Shown piece after piece: positions 51,125 through 61,954 of a stretch of DNA of 64,000 nucleotides. The position numbers and the translations under genes were made by a program. This DNA is from Planctomycetota bacterium (GTDB lineage: Bacteria > Planctomycetota > Planctomycetia > JALXBF01). The DNA is taken from NCBI GenBank assembly GCA_026991575.1, contig JALXBF010000069.1, positions 1 to 64,000 on the forward strand, read 5' to 3'. The notes beneath the pieces are model-generated. The model was not told the origin of the DNA, made no database searches, and saw only the letters and a program-made list of their open reading frames with translations. Within the stretch, counting starts at the first letter, position 1. Every line of letters starts with the position of its first letter.

Positions 51125-52582
51125 TCAACTGAGGATCTCGTGTAGGACGTGCCCGTGAACGTCGGTCAGCCGACGGTCCAGTCCGTTGTGGTAGTAGGTC
51201 AGACGGCGGTGATCCAGTCCGAGCAGGTGCAGCACCGTGGCGTAGAGGTCCCAGACCGTTGTGACCTTCTCCACGGCCCTACGACCAAACTCGTCCGTGG
51301 CGCCGTAACTAACACCCCCCTTGATGCCCGCGCCCATGAGCCAGATCGTAAAGCCGTCAGGGTTATGGTCGCGCCCCTTGGTCCCCTGTTGGTGCGTGGG
51401 CATGCGGCCGAACTCCGTGGTCCACAGCACGACGGTCTCGTCCAGCAGTCCGCGGAGCTTTAGGTCGGTGAGCAGGGCAGCAGTTGGCTGGTCAAGGATT
51501 GGGCAGTGACGCTCGTAATCGGATTTCAACGTCTTGTGTGCGTCCCAGTTCAGCAAGCCGTCGACGCCCGAAGCCCGCGATGCGCAGTAGAGCGTCACGT
51601 AGCGGACGCCGCGCTCCAGCAGGCGCCGCGCCAGCAGGCAATTCCGCGCATAGGCCGCCTTCAGGCGGTTCGGGTCCTCGGTGCCGTACATGCGATGGAC
51701 CCACTCAGGCTCGGCGGACAGATCGGTCACTTCCGGTGCGGACAGCTGCATGCGCGCGGCCAGTTCGTACGCGGCGATCCGTGCGGCGAGCGCTTCGTCC
51801 GCTGGCCGCCGCTGCTGGTACCGGTCGTTCAGCAAGCTGAGCAATTGCCGGGTTGCCCGCTCCTCGTCCGGCCCGATGCCGGGGGGGCGGGTCAAGTTGC
51901 GGATGGGCCGATGCGCGGCCAGCACGATCCCTTGATGCCGTGCCGGCAGGAAGCCTGCGGACCAGTTGGCCTTGCCGTTAGGCGGCTCGCCACGGATGTC
52001 GGGGATGGCCACGTAGGTGGGTAGATTCTTGTTCTCACTGCCCAGTGCGTAACTGACCCACGCCCCGGCGCTGGGGAATCCCTCAGCCGTCTGTCCGGTG
52101 TTCATGAACACGCACGCCGGACCGTGTGTGTTGCTGCGGCTCGTCATCGAATGGATGAACGCTATCTCGTCGACATGCTGACTGAGGTGCGGTAGCATCG
52201 AGCTGATCCACTTGCCCGACTCGCCCACCTGCTTGAACGGCCAGGGCGGAGCCATAAGGTTCCCATTCTTGCCCTGAAAGGAGACAAACTGTCCCGCTCC
52301 GGGCAACGGCTCGCCAGCGCGGCGAAACAGCTCCGGTTTGTAGTCCCAAAGGTCGACGTGCGAAACGCCGCCGGGGCAGAAGATCTGTAGCACTCTTTTT
52401 GCCTTCGGCGCAAAGTGCGGTACGTCGCGTCGCCGGGACCGAGTTGCTGCGTCGGTGTCACGGCCGAGGAGATCGATCAGGCTGATGCCAATCAACCCAT
52501 GGAGCATACTATCGAGGAAGCCGCGCCGGGTGAGAAGCCCGGCCAGGGATGTTGCCGAGGGCGAGGTTGCGGCGTGCGTCAT
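51125..52582 (-). CDS. DUF1501 domain protein (Tat-exported, sulfatase-like)
   Basis: 'TRRGFL', 'HFAPKAKRV', 'GGVSHVDLWDYKP', 'WDAH', 'EFGRMP' and 'GRDHN'. ATG 52582 lies just after the DUF1553 stop. Confidence 0.93.
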   Translation of the reverse strand: MTHAATSPSATSLAGLLTRRGFLDSMLHGLIGISLIDLLGRDTDAATRSRRRDVPHFAPKAKRVLQIFCPGGVSHVDLWDYKPELFRRAGEPLPGAGQFVSFQGKNGNLMAPPWPFKQVGESGKWISSMLPHLSQHVDEIAFIHSMTSRSNTHGPACVFMNTGQTAEGFPSAGAWVSYALGSENKNLPTYVAIPDIRGEPPNGKANWSAGFLPARHQGIVLAAHRPIRNLTRPPGIGPDEERATRQLLSLLNDRYQQRRPADEALAARIAAYELAARMQLSAPEVTDLSAEPEWVHRMYGTEDPNRLKAAYARNCLLARRLLERGVRYVTLYCASRASGVDGLLNWDAHKTLKSDYERHCPILDQPTAALLTDLKLRGLLDETVVLWTTEFGRMPTHQQGTKGRDHNPDGFTIWLMGAGIKGGVSYGATDEFGRRAVEKVTTVWDLYATVLHLLGLDHRRLTYYHNGLDRRLTDVHGHVLHEILS

Positions 52583-52589
52583 CGCCTGG

Positions 52590-55436
52590 CTACTCCAGAT
52601 ACAGGAACTCGTTGCTGTTAAACAGGGCACGGCACACGGCGCGCAGCCCAAACCGACGGGCAACCGCCAGCGCCGCCCGACGTTCCCGATCGTCCGGGGG
52701 CCGCTGGTACAGCAGCACGAACGCACGCTCCACCTGAGCGGTCAGGTCCGTACCTACCTCACGCTCAATCCGCCGCGTCATGAGCTCGGCCATGTCCAGC
52801 ACGAACGAGTGATTCAGCAGCGTCAGCGCCTGCAGCGGACTGGTCGTCTCGGGCCGCCGTGGCGCGGCGAAAGCCGGATCGGGACAATCGAAGTCGCTGA
52901 GCAGGTCCACCCAGGCAGCCCGAGCATTCTGGTGGTACACGGCCCGTCGGTACGTCTCCGGGCCGACCCGATCTAACGGTTCGTACGTCGCCACGTTATC
53001 CTCCAGATACCGGTACAGCCGAAAACCCGGCCCGCCCATGCGACGGTCCAGTACCCCGGCAGCATCAAGCATCGAGTCGCGAATCTCTTCGCCGGTCAAC
53101 CGCCGCGGGGGGTAGCGCCACAGCAGACGCGTGCCGGCATCGATCCGTAGCGCGTCCGGCCGAGCGACCGACTGCTGGCGATACGTGGCCGAAAGGACGA
53201 TCATCCGATGCAGCGGCTTCAGCCGCCACCGGTAACGCAGCAGCTCGGTGGCCAGATAATCGAGCAGCTCGGGGTGAGACGGTAAGCTGCCCATCTGGCC
53301 GAAATCGCTCGGCGTCGCGACGATTCCCTGGCCAAAGTGGTAATGCCAGATACGGTTGGCCAGCACGCGAAGCGTGAGGGAGTTGGAGTCGGAAGCAATC
53401 CACTGCGCTAGCGCCAGTCGCCGCGTGGCTTCCGGGGCATCCGCCGGCAGCTCGTACCGCCCGACCGTCCTTTCCAGCACGCGGATACTCCGCGGCACCA
53501 CGACCTTGCCTCTGCGCTGCGGGTCCCCCCCGAGGAAAACGTGGAACGGTCCGGGCGCAGCCGTCATGCGACCGACCCAGTAGACGGGCAACGGAGGCAC
53601 GGTTCGGATCTTCGCTTCAATGGCTGCTAGTTCGGCTGCGAGCTCACTTAGCCGCTCCCGTTCTTCGTCAGTCAGCCCGGCCTGCAGCAGGCGATGACGA
53701 CGGTGAGCGGCGGTGACCGGCTTGCGATCGTAGCTGTCAGCCACCGTCTGCCAGCGGCGTCCGTCCATGGAGACTTCGATGCGGTACTCGCAGATGAACC
53801 GAGTATAACCGTGTGTCGGCGGTAGCTCCCTGGGCCGATCGCTGGAGAAGACGACGCGGCCGATGACCGCCGGACGAGCAAGCGTGATCGTCAGCGTGGG
53901 ACCGGCAGCAATCCAGCGGGTTCCGAAGTCGCCGTCGATGGCCCGTTCGGCCGAGTAGGCGTCGGCAAAGTCACGTGCGATCCGGCTTGCTCCGTCAGCA
54001 CGTGCTCCCTTGCTCAGAAGTGCCACGTTCTCCGGCTTCGGCCTTACCGTCCAAACCTCAAACTCGTCGATCCGGAAGTCGGTGCGGCTTTCCGGTGCGT
54101 CGTCCCGACCGAACACGACCAGGCGCACGTAGCGCGCCGCCACGGGCTGGAACGACTCCTCCGTCCGGTAGCGGCTGACCGGGGGCCGTTGCCAGCGTTC
54201 TTCCAGACGGTGACGCTGCGCCTCGGCCCGGCGAATCGCACGCTGCCGAATCTCGTCCCGCTCCCGCAGCAGTGCCGCTCGACGGGCCTGCAGCGGTGCC
54301 AGCAGCTGCTGCCGCCGGGCACGCTGCGCCGCAGTGGCTAGCTCCCGGTCTCCATGCCGAACGCCGGCAAACGTAGCGTACCACGAGTAGTAATCCTCCT
54401 GGGTGATCGGATCAAACTTGTGATCGTGGCAGCGAGCACAGCCCATGGTGATGCCCAGGAACGCCTCGGCCGTTGCCCGGATGATCTCGTCCAGCGTGTT
54501 CGCTCGGATGATCGCCGCTTGCACCGGATCCTGGTTGCCCACGTTGTCGTACGGACCACACACGAGAAAAGCGGTGCCAACGGCAACGTCCGGGTTATCA
54601 CTGTCAAGCACATCACCTGCCAGCTGCTCGATGATGAACCGGTTGAACGGCTTGTCTCGATTGAACGAGCGGATGACGTAGTCGCGATAGGGCCAGAGAT
54701 TGTTGATGAGTACGTTGCGTTCAAAACCGTTGCTTTCACCGAAACGGGCCACATCAAGCCAGTGCCTGCCCCACTGCTCGCCATAAGCGGGCGAAGCCAG
54801 CAACCGGTCGACGACGCGTTCGTAGGCTGCCGGGTGGTCGTCGTTCAGGAAGGTGAGAAGCAGTTCCTCGTGTGGCGGAAGCCCGGTCAGGTCGTAGCAG
54901 ACGCGACGCAGCCAGGTGCGGCGATCCGTCGGCGGGCTGGGAGTCAGACCGGCCTGCTGCAGCCGCACGTACACAAAACGGTCGATCGGGTTGTGCTGCC
55001 AGTGTTCGGGAGCACCGGGCGTGTCCGGAGGGGAAACCCGTCGTAACGGACGGTATGCCCACCAGTCAGAACCAGCACCTTTGGGACGTAGCACAACGTC
55101 CTCGGGCCAGTGTGCACCGGCGGCGATCCAGCGGCGCAGCGTCTCGATCTGCTCGGGGGTCAGCGGAGGCCCGGCCTTTGGCATCTCCACCCGACCGTCC
55201 GGCCCTGGGGCCACCAGCCGCAGCAGCTTGCTAGCCTCTGGGGCTCCGGGGCGGACCAGCCCGCGGGCTCTGAGGTCTGCTGCCGTGTTAAGCGATAGCC
55301 CGCCTTTGCGCTGCTTGGCATTGTGACAGATCAAACAGCGGCCTTCAAAAATCGGGGCCACATCGCGCCGAAACTCGACCGAGGGCCCGGCAAGCAAGAA
55401 GGCAGTCAGGATGATCGAGCACAGTTCCGCGGTCAC
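52590..55436 (-). CDS. Planctomycete cytochrome c (PSCyt1) + DUF1549 + discoidin-like insert + DUF1553 protein
   Basis: 'CLICH', 'NPIDRF', 'DLTGLPP', 'YGEQWGRHWLD', 'CARCHDHKFDP', 'PSHPELLD' and 'QALTLLN'. Confidence 0.93.
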   Translation of the reverse strand: MTAELCSIILTAFLLAGPSVEFRRDVAPIFEGRCLICHNAKQRKGGLSLNTAADLRARGLVRPGAPEASKLLRLVAPGPDGRVEMPKAGPPLTPEQIETLRRWIAAGAHWPEDVVLRPKGAGSDWWAYRPLRRVSPPDTPGAPEHWQHNPIDRFVYVRLQQAGLTPSPPTDRRTWLRRVCYDLTGLPPHEELLLTFLNDDHPAAYERVVDRLLASPAYGEQWGRHWLDVARFGESNGFERNVLINNLWPYRDYVIRSFNRDKPFNRFIIEQLAGDVLDSDNPDVAVGTAFLVCGPYDNVGNQDPVQAAIIRANTLDEIIRATAEAFLGITMGCARCHDHKFDPITQEDYYSWYATFAGVRHGDRELATAAQRARRQQLLAPLQARRAALLRERDEIRQRAIRRAEAQRHRLEERWQRPPVSRYRTEESFQPVAARYVRLVVFGRDDAPESRTDFRIDEFEVWTVRPKPENVALLSKGARADGASRIARDFADAYSAERAIDGDFGTRWIAAGPTLTITLARPAVIGRVVFSSDRPRELPPTHGYTRFICEYRIEVSMDGRRWQTVADSYDRKPVTAAHRRHRLLQAGLTDEERERLSELAAELAAIEAKIRTVPPLPVYWVGRMTAAPGPFHVFLGGDPQRRGKVVVPRSIRVLERTVGRYELPADAPEATRRLALAQWIASDSNSLTLRVLANRIWHYHFGQGIVATPSDFGQMGSLPSHPELLDYLATELLRYRWRLKPLHRMIVLSATYRQQSVARPDALRIDAGTRLLWRYPPRRLTGEEIRDSMLDAAGVLDRRMGGPGFRLYRYLEDNVATYEPLDRVGPETYRRAVYHQNARAAWVDLLSDFDCPDPAFAAPRRPETTSPLQALTLLNHSFVLDMAELMTRRIEREVGTDLTAQVERAFVLLYQRPPDDRERRAALAVARRFGLRAVCRALFNSNEFLYLE

Positions 55437-55917
55437 GACCAGGCCTCACCACTGGCTGCCATCACAGATCAACAAGATCAACATATGCGGATCCTGCAAG
55501 TAGGCTACCACCGCGGTCGGCGAAAGAAAAGACGTGCGCGTCAGCTCGAATCCAAGACATGCCCCGACTCGTTCTTCCGATTCGGTCGTTCACCCCACTG
55601 TGGAAGGGTCGACACAACCGACAGAGCCGTACGCCCGATCATCACGGCCGGCCGAGGAGCGGTTTCGCGCGATCGAGACGGCCACGGGTCGCGGGGCTGC
55701 CGTGAAGGGCGACGATCGCAGATGGTGGATGCGCATCTGTAGTCGGTCGGCCGTGCCCGCCATCGGGGGGGGCGAGCCGCGACAGCCGGAACCCGCGAAG
55801 CGGGCCGCTTCGGGCTTTCGGCCGTAGCCACGTAGAATCGAGTGAGCTTCGGATGCGGCAGCACGAGCGGCCGCACGCACGCACCGGCCGGCTCGCCGAC
55901 GGCCGCTTCGTGGTTGC

Positions 55918-58900
55918 GTGTCTATGGCAACGCCCGCGATGAGACTCACCGCCGCAGCTATCACGTGCTTCCTCGCCTGTTGCCCGCCGCTCCGGGCACA
56001 AGTTACGCTCGATCCGGATACGGTCCCGGTGCCCCAGCAGACGGCGCGCATGATGCACGTCCCGCCGGGCTGGCGTGTGGAAGTGTTTGCTGCCGAGCCG
56101 ACGGTTGTGAACCCGCTGGCGATCGATTTCGACCAGGAAGGTCGAGCATACGTGCTGGAAGCACGTCAGTACCCACAGAAGGCCCCCGAGAACAAGGCCG
56201 GTGCGGACCGCATCCTCGTGCTCGAGGACACGGACGGTGATCATCGAGCAGACCGCGTCCGCGTCTTCGCCGACGGCCTGAATCTGGCCTCTGGGCTGGC
56301 GGTCGGTTACGGGGGCGTCTTCGTGGGCCAGGCGCCGGAGCTGCTGTTCCTGGCCGATAGCGACGGAGACCTCCGTGCCGATCGCCGTCAGGTGCTTCTA
56401 ACCGGCTGGGCCTACGAGGATACGCACGAGACGCTAAACAGTCTGACATGGGGCCCGGACGGTTGGCTGTACGGCACGCACGGTATCATGCACCATTCGG
56501 AAGTGGCCGGCTACCGGTTCAACGCAGCCGTCTGGCGATATCACCCACGAACGAAGCGGTTTGAACTGGTTGCCGAAGGCACGAACAACCCCTGGGGCCT
56601 GGACTACCTGCCCAACGGTGACTGGGTCATCAGCACCTCCGTGATCCCGCACCTGTACGCCATCGTGCCCGGTGGCTTCCACCGCCACGGTCTGGTTCGC
56701 TGGTGGTCGAACCCATACGCTTACGGAGAGGTCCCCCCCATCGTTGATCATCGCCATTTCCCGCCCAACATGGCTGGCTGGGACCTGGTGCTGAAAACCG
56801 ACAGCGCGACAGTGCCCGAGCCGGTTTCCGACGAGCGTGATCCGGTGCGCGCCTACGGAGGTGGCCACGCACACAGTGGTCTGGCGCTGAGCCACGGCAC
56901 GCCCGTGCCTGCCGCTTACCGGAACGCTGCCCTTATCGGCAACCTGCATGGCAATCGCATCAACGCCGACGTCATCCGGCCTTACCGCTCGCTGTACGTG
57001 GCCAGCCATCGCAAGGACTTCCTCACGTGCGACGACCCGTACTTCCGCCCAGTCCACCTGCGCTGGGGGCCCGACGGCTCCCTCTACGTGCTCGACTGGT
57101 ACGATCGCCAGATCTGCCACAACACGGACGAGGCGGTGTGGGACAAGCGGCTCGGTCGCATCTACAAGGTCATCCCCCCTGAACGCCCGGCCACGGAACG
57201 TGACGCTTCCATCGAACAGCTGCTGGTGAGCGAGTATGTCTGGCACTGGCGGCTGGCCCTGAGGTTGATTGCAGAGCGGCGGGCGTCGGTGCCACGAAGC
57301 ACACTCGTGCGCATGCTCGATACCGCTGCGGAGCCGATGGCGTTGCGAGCATTGTGGGCGCTACATCTGTCCGGTGGACTAACCGAAGCGGATCTGCGAC
57401 GGCTGCTGGCGGATCCGCGCAGTGAGCTCCGCCGATGGGCGGTTCGACTGCTCAGCGAGCCACAGTATCGGGGCCGCGTGGATGAGTTTGCCGACGAGCT
57501 ACTGCGACTGGCCGCCCGGGAGCCGTCGCCGCGGGTTCGCCTGGAGCTTGCCTCAGCCGCCACGCGGTGGGCTGCGTGGGGGGGACGCGAAGCTCTGCTA
57601 CACGAGTTGATGCTCCACGATGAGGATGCCGATGACCCGGCCATCCCCGCTCTAATCTGGACGGCATACGAATCCGATCTTGAACACCACGCGGCCCGCC
57701 GGGCCGGGTGGTTGGCCAAGCACAGTGATCGGGCTGTCATCCAGCGCCACGTGCTGCCTTGGTTCCTGCGCCGGCTGGCAGAGGACGGAACCGACTCGGC
57801 ATTGAGGCTGGCTCTGGACACGTTGGCGCAAGTGCGCTCGGCGGACGCGGCACGGTACACGCTGCGTGAGTTCGCACGCGGGCTGAGCAGGCCGTCAGAG
57901 AAGCTGGCGACCGAGTGGGCACGTGTCCGTTCTGCGCTGGAACCGTTGCTTGCGCGACCGGCGGACCGGCTTCTGCTGGCGCGGGTAGGTGCGCTCTTCG
58001 CGGACCCCTGTGCGGTCAGCATGCTCATCGCGGCGATGCACGAGGCCAATCGCCCGCCAGCGGAACGGTTGGCTGCCGTTGAGGTGCTGGGACGAACGCC
58101 GGTGGAGCAGGCGCGCGAAGCGCTGGTGTCTGCAGTCCTGGACAGCAAGCTCCTACTAAGCGTGCGCAGGGCGGCCGTACAGGCGATGAAGCGGGGCATG
58201 ACCCGGGCCCAGGCAGCTGAGCTCGTGCGGCACTGGCATCGTGTTCCCCCCGAACTCCAGCATGAGGTGTTGCTGCTTTTGGCCACGTCGCGGCTCGGGG
58301 CAGAGCAGCTGATTGCGGGCATGGAACGCGGATGGGTGCCGCGGGACGACGTGCCCGAGGGGGCTGTGCGGCGGATCCTGATGGTTGCTGACAGAGCGCT
58401 GGTCGAGCGGTTGCGCACGGTCTGGGGCAACCTTCAGGCGATGACCGTGCCGGAGGCCCGGCGGGAGATCGCTCGCCTGGGCCCTGCGCTGGCGACGCTA
58501 CCCGGGAACCGCCACCGAGGCAAGCGGCTGTTCAGCACGCACTGTGCCGGCTGCCACCGGTTCCGCGGAGAAGGCCATGCCGTCGGCCCGGACCTGGAGG
58601 GCGCCCAGCTGAACGACCCATTCTACCTTTTGTATAACATCGCCGATCCAAACCGCGTCGTCGGCGCCGCTTACTACACCGTGCGGGTCATGGACCGGCA
58701 GGGACGAGTGCACCAGGGACTGCTGGTCCGCCGCGACGGCAGCGGGCTGGAACTGAAGGCCGAACAGGGTCAGACGCTGCGGTTCAGCCGGGACGAAGTG
58801 GAAGAGGTGCGCGTCTTACAAGAATCGCTGATGCCAGCAGACATCGCGAGCCGGTTCACGGCCCAGCAGTTCGCCGACCTGGTCGCCTACCTGATGGGCG

Positions 58901-59406
58901 ACCTTCGCTTGACGGCAGGTTACCGCTACGGGCCACTCGTTGCTGACCGGCCGCTTGAGAGCACATTGCCGGTGGACGGTAGGTTGAACCCGCTAAGCTA
59001 TGACCCGGAGGGATGGCAGCCGTTTCGGATCGGCCCGGCAGGGAAGGTCATCTTCTCCATGGTGGGGCTGGATCGGAACCGGCGACCACCTGAGGCTGCA
59101 TACTACGTGTACGTACGGGTGTACAGTCCGACGGCACGGGACGTGACCATGTGGCTGGACGCCCGTAAGGCGGCGCGGGTGTGGGTCAACGGCAACGAAG
59201 TGTTCACGGGACGGAAGCTGACGGTACCCGTGCGGTTTTCGATCACGCTGCGGCGGGGCGAGAATGAACTGCTCATCAAGCTGGCCAACATCGTGCGCGA
59301 TCCGAACGCCCCGGCGGCAGCGGGTGAGTGTTCGTTTGCGGCCTGGTTGGTCGACCCAGAGCATGAGCTGGCGCTGATCAGCCCGGACGGCGACCGCATC
59401 CAGTGA
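55918..59406 (+). CDS. PVC-type membrane-bound dehydrogenase with HEAT repeats and a heme-binding CxxCH domain
   Basis: 'FAAEP.VVNP', 'LEDTDGD', 'WGPDGWLYG', 'NPWG', 'GPDGSLYVLDWYD', 'CAGCH..VGPDL' and 'SLMP'. Confidence 0.92.
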   Translation: MSMATPAMRLTAAAITCFLACCPPLRAQVTLDPDTVPVPQQTARMMHVPPGWRVEVFAAEPTVVNPLAIDFDQEGRAYVLEARQYPQKAPENKAGADRILVLEDTDGDHRADRVRVFADGLNLASGLAVGYGGVFVGQAPELLFLADSDGDLRADRRQVLLTGWAYEDTHETLNSLTWGPDGWLYGTHGIMHHSEVAGYRFNAAVWRYHPRTKRFELVAEGTNNPWGLDYLPNGDWVISTSVIPHLYAIVPGGFHRHGLVRWWSNPYAYGEVPPIVDHRHFPPNMAGWDLVLKTDSATVPEPVSDERDPVRAYGGGHAHSGLALSHGTPVPAAYRNAALIGNLHGNRINADVIRPYRSLYVASHRKDFLTCDDPYFRPVHLRWGPDGSLYVLDWYDRQICHNTDEAVWDKRLGRIYKVIPPERPATERDASIEQLLVSEYVWHWRLALRLIAERRASVPRSTLVRMLDTAAEPMALRALWALHLSGGLTEADLRRLLADPRSELRRWAVRLLSEPQYRGRVDEFADELLRLAAREPSPRVRLELASAATRWAAWGGREALLHELMLHDEDADDPAIPALIWTAYESDLEHHAARRAGWLAKHSDRAVIQRHVLPWFLRRLAEDGTDSALRLALDTLAQVRSADAARYTLREFARGLSRPSEKLATEWARVRSALEPLLARPADRLLLARVGALFADPCAVSMLIAAMHEANRPPAERLAAVEVLGRTPVEQAREALVSAVLDSKLLLSVRRAAVQAMKRGMTRAQAAELVRHWHRVPPELQHEVLLLLATSRLGAEQLIAGMERGWVPRDDVPEGAVRRILMVADRALVERLRTVWGNLQAMTVPEARREIARLGPALATLPGNRHRGKRLFSTHCAGCHRFRGEGHAVGPDLEGAQLNDPFYLLYNIADPNRVVGAAYYTVRVMDRQGRVHQGLLVRRDGSGLELKAEQGQTLRFSRDEVEEVRVLQESLMPADIASRFTAQQFADLVAYLMGDLRLTAGYRYGPLVADRPLESTLPVDGRLNPLSYDPEGWQPFRIGPAGKVIFSMVGLDRNRRPPEAAYYVYVRVYSPTARDVTMWLDARKAARVWVNGNEVFTGRKLTVPVRFSITLRRGENELLIKLANIVRDPNAPAAAGECSFAAWLVDPEHELALISPDGDRIQ

Positions 59407-59445
59407 CCTCTGATCGCATCCGGCGCCGCTTGACGGGCGTGCCCC

Positions 59446-60297
59446 TCAGACAAACTCGACCTGGATTCGTTCCGGTATGATCTCCGCAGCGGCAGCTTCG
59501 TCCAACAACCGCTGTACCGCTTCGCGCCCGCGCGGTCCATAGTCGACCGTCCATTCGTTGACGTATCGGCTCACAAAGTCCTCAGCACGGGCCCGGTCCA
59601 GGTCACGGGCATACTGAAGCGCGTACTCTAGAGCTTCATCCTTGTGCTCAAGTGCGTACAGGATACTGCGGCGCACGTCATCCGTGATTGCTTTCATGAG
59701 TTCCGGCCCAAGATCGCGGCGAACGACATTGCCGCCCAACGGCAACGGGAGGCCGGTCGTCTCGTACCACCACTGACCCAGGTCCACCACCGGGTGCAGG
59801 CCTAAGTCCCCGTAGGTCAGCTGACCCTCGTGAATGATCAGCCCAGCATCGACCTTACCGGCAGCAACGATGGGCAGAATCTGGTCGAACGGATAGACCT
59901 CGTAGGCGAACGACGCTCTTAGCATCAGCTTTAGCGTCAGAAACGCGGTGGTCATCGTGCCGGGCACGGCAATCGTTTTCTCATGCAGATCGGCCGGTCG
60001 CAGCGGTTGGCGGGCAACAACCAGCGGCCCATAACGATCGCCCATGCTGCAGCCGCAGGACATCAGGGCATACTTGTCTGCCACGTAGGCGAACGCATGG
60101 ATGCTGATGGCCGAGACTTCCAGCTCACCGCGTTCTGCGCGGCGGTTCAGCGACTCAATGTCCTCCAGGATGTGGCGGTAGCGTCGATTGCCCGTGTCGA
60201 TGCGTTCGTGCGTCAGCGCGTAGAACATGAACGCATCGTCCGAATCGGGGCTGTGACCGACACGTAGCAGGATCGTAGTGTCGTTGTTGGCTGCCAT
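59446..60297 (-). CDS. mqnD: 1,4-dihydroxy-6-naphthoate synthase (futalosine menaquinone pathway)
   Basis: 'GHSPDSDDAFMFY', 'DIESLN', 'TTAFL', 'IIHEGQLTY', 'LPLPLGGN' and 'YVNEWT'. Confidence 0.92.
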   Translation of the reverse strand: MAANNDTTILLRVGHSPDSDDAFMFYALTHERIDTGNRRYRHILEDIESLNRRAERGELEVSAISIHAFAYVADKYALMSCGCSMGDRYGPLVVARQPLRPADLHEKTIAVPGTMTTAFLTLKLMLRASFAYEVYPFDQILPIVAAGKVDAGLIIHEGQLTYGDLGLHPVVDLGQWWYETTGLPLPLGGNVVRRDLGPELMKAITDDVRRSILYALEHKDEALEYALQYARDLDRARAEDFVSRYVNEWTVDYGPRGREAVQRLLDEAAAAEIIPERIQVEFV

Positions 60298-60310
60298 GGT
60301 GAGGCAATTC

Positions 60311-61087
60311 CTAGCGACTTGGTGGCGGGCGCCGCGGCCGGCGTGGCGGACGGGCCGGTCGGCTGGCCGGCCGGCGAGTACTGGCCGGCTTCTGCTGCGC
60401 GGTCTTGCTCTTGCCGCCGCTGCCGATCACATACACCTTCTGCTGCTGACCGGCGGGCACGAACGGTTCGATTGGCTCCTCTTCAACCGGCTTGCCCAGG
60501 ATGACGGCAACGACCAGCGTCAGCAGCGTGACGGTCAGCGCGATGGTAAGCGGCAGTTGGAGCTCGCGTACGGTGTCGGCTGCCGCAAACCAGCTCAACG
60601 CGCCGCCGAGCAGGCTGGCAGCAAGTCCCGGCAGGAGGTAGAAACGCCGATCCTTGTCAAGCACGGAGTCCACGACGATACACAGGCCGGCGAAAGCGAT
60701 CACCGCCGCTAGCGCCGCAAGATAACGACGCCACGTCCCGCCAGGCCGCGCCAGACCGAGAAATTCCTCTCGTGTGATGATTCCGTCCCCGTCCAGGTCC
60801 ATGCTCCGCAGCCAGTCGCCGAATTGCTCGAGCCGGGGGTCGTCCGACGTGAAGTCCTCGTCCAGCTCGATCTTGCCGTTCTGATTGGTGTCGAGCAGTC
60901 GGAAGTTGGTGTCATTGCGTTCCAGCTCAACAGCGGGCGCCGCTGCGGTGCCGCCTGGGCTGCTTGACGCCGTCGAAGCGGGCGCCTGCGCAGGCGACGC
61001 CTGCTGAGCCTCACCGGCCAGCGGCAGGCAGCAGACTAGCATCAAGGCCACCAGCGCGGTGCCCGGTCTCCGGTCAAATGCCATCAT
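60311..61087 (-). CDS. EF-hand-containing membrane protein; start approximate
   Basis: Signal peptide, EF loops 'DTNQNGKIELDE' and 'DLDGDGIITREE', three TM helices and a basic tail. Confidence 0.75.
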   Translation of the reverse strand: MMAFDRRPGTALVALMLVCCLPLAGEAQQASPAQAPASTASSSPGGTAAAPAVELERNDTNFRLLDTNQNGKIELDEDFTSDDPRLEQFGDWLRSMDLDGDGIITREEFLGLARPGGTWRRYLAALAAVIAFAGLCIVVDSVLDKDRRFYLLPGLAASLLGGALSWFAAADTVRELQLPLTIALTVTLLTLVVAVILGKPVEEEPIEPFVPAGQQQKVYVIGSGGKSKTAQQKPASTRRPASRPARPPRRPRRPPPSR

Positions 61088-61138
61088 CTGCTCCGTTGAC
61101 AGGGCCTGCAGCAACGAACTCGTCTTGATTCTACCGGC

Positions 61139-61954
61139 TCAGCCAGAATGCCTCAGGATCTTCCGGGCAATCGCAACCATCTGGTCGTGAATCAGCCCGT
61201 TGGTTGCCAGCAGATCCGGTTCGTAGAGGTCGAACACGGTGCCGTCCAGCTTTGTCACACGACCACCGGCTTCCTGCACGAGCAGCACGCCGGCAGCACA
61301 ATCCCACGCGTGCAAGTGAGTCGCATAGAAGCCGTCAAAACGACCGGCCGCCACATAAGCCAGATCCAGAGCAGCCGATCCCAGACGCCGCACCGCGTGA
61401 CTTGCCTCACAGAAGGCGGCGAAAAGCTCCAACAGTTCGGGGCGCCGTCGCGGCCGGGGCGGGAACCCTGTCACCAGCAGCGCCGCAGACAGCTCATGGA
61501 CCGCGCTGACGTGGATCTGCTCACCGTTCAGCCACGCGCCTTGCTCGCGGGCAGCATAGTACAACTCGTCGGTTGCCGGCGCGTAGATGACACCGACTTC
61601 GACATCCGTGCCGACCGTTGCCGCGATGGAGACGGCAAAGAGATCGAGGCCGTGCAAGTAGTTGGCTGTGCCGTCCAGGGGGTCGACCACCCAGCGCACC
61701 GTTGCCGGGCCCGTTGCCCCTGCCTCAGCATCGCCGGCCGCGGCGCCTTCCTCACCAAGGAACGCATGCTCGGGGAACTGCTCAAGGAGAAAGCGGCGGA
61801 TGGCCTCTTCCGCTTCGACGTCCGCCTTGGTGACCACGTCGCCTGGAGCCTTCTGCCGAGCCTTCACTCGGCCGCGGTAGCGCAGCAGGACGTCGCCGCC
61901 GACCCGTGCGGCATCCAGCGCAGCCTGAAGCAACTTGGACCGTTCAATCGTCAC
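61139..61954 (-). CDS. suhB: Inositol monophosphatase family protein
   Basis: 'VTKAD', 'GEE', 'WVVDPLDGTANY', 'RRLGSAALDL' and 'WDCAAG'. Confidence 0.9.
   Translation of the reverse strand: MTIERSKLLQAALDAARVGGDVLLRYRGRVKARQKAPGDVVTKADVEAEEAIRRFLLEQFPEHAFLGEEGAAAGDAEAGATGPATVRWVVDPLDGTANYLHGLDLFAVSIAATVGTDVEVGVIYAPATDELYYAAREQGAWLNGEQIHVSAVHELSAALLVTGFPPRPRRRPELLELFAAFCEASHAVRRLGSAALDLAYVAAGRFDGFYATHLHAWDCAAGVLLVQEAGGRVTKLDGTVFDLYEPDLLATNGLIHDQMVAIARKILRHSG

Noticed and set aside
51019..51132. 37-codon GTG ORF after GGGAGG in the sRNA candidate
   Set aside because: Reads through the terminator hairpin and into the end of the opposite gene; composition is unremarkable.
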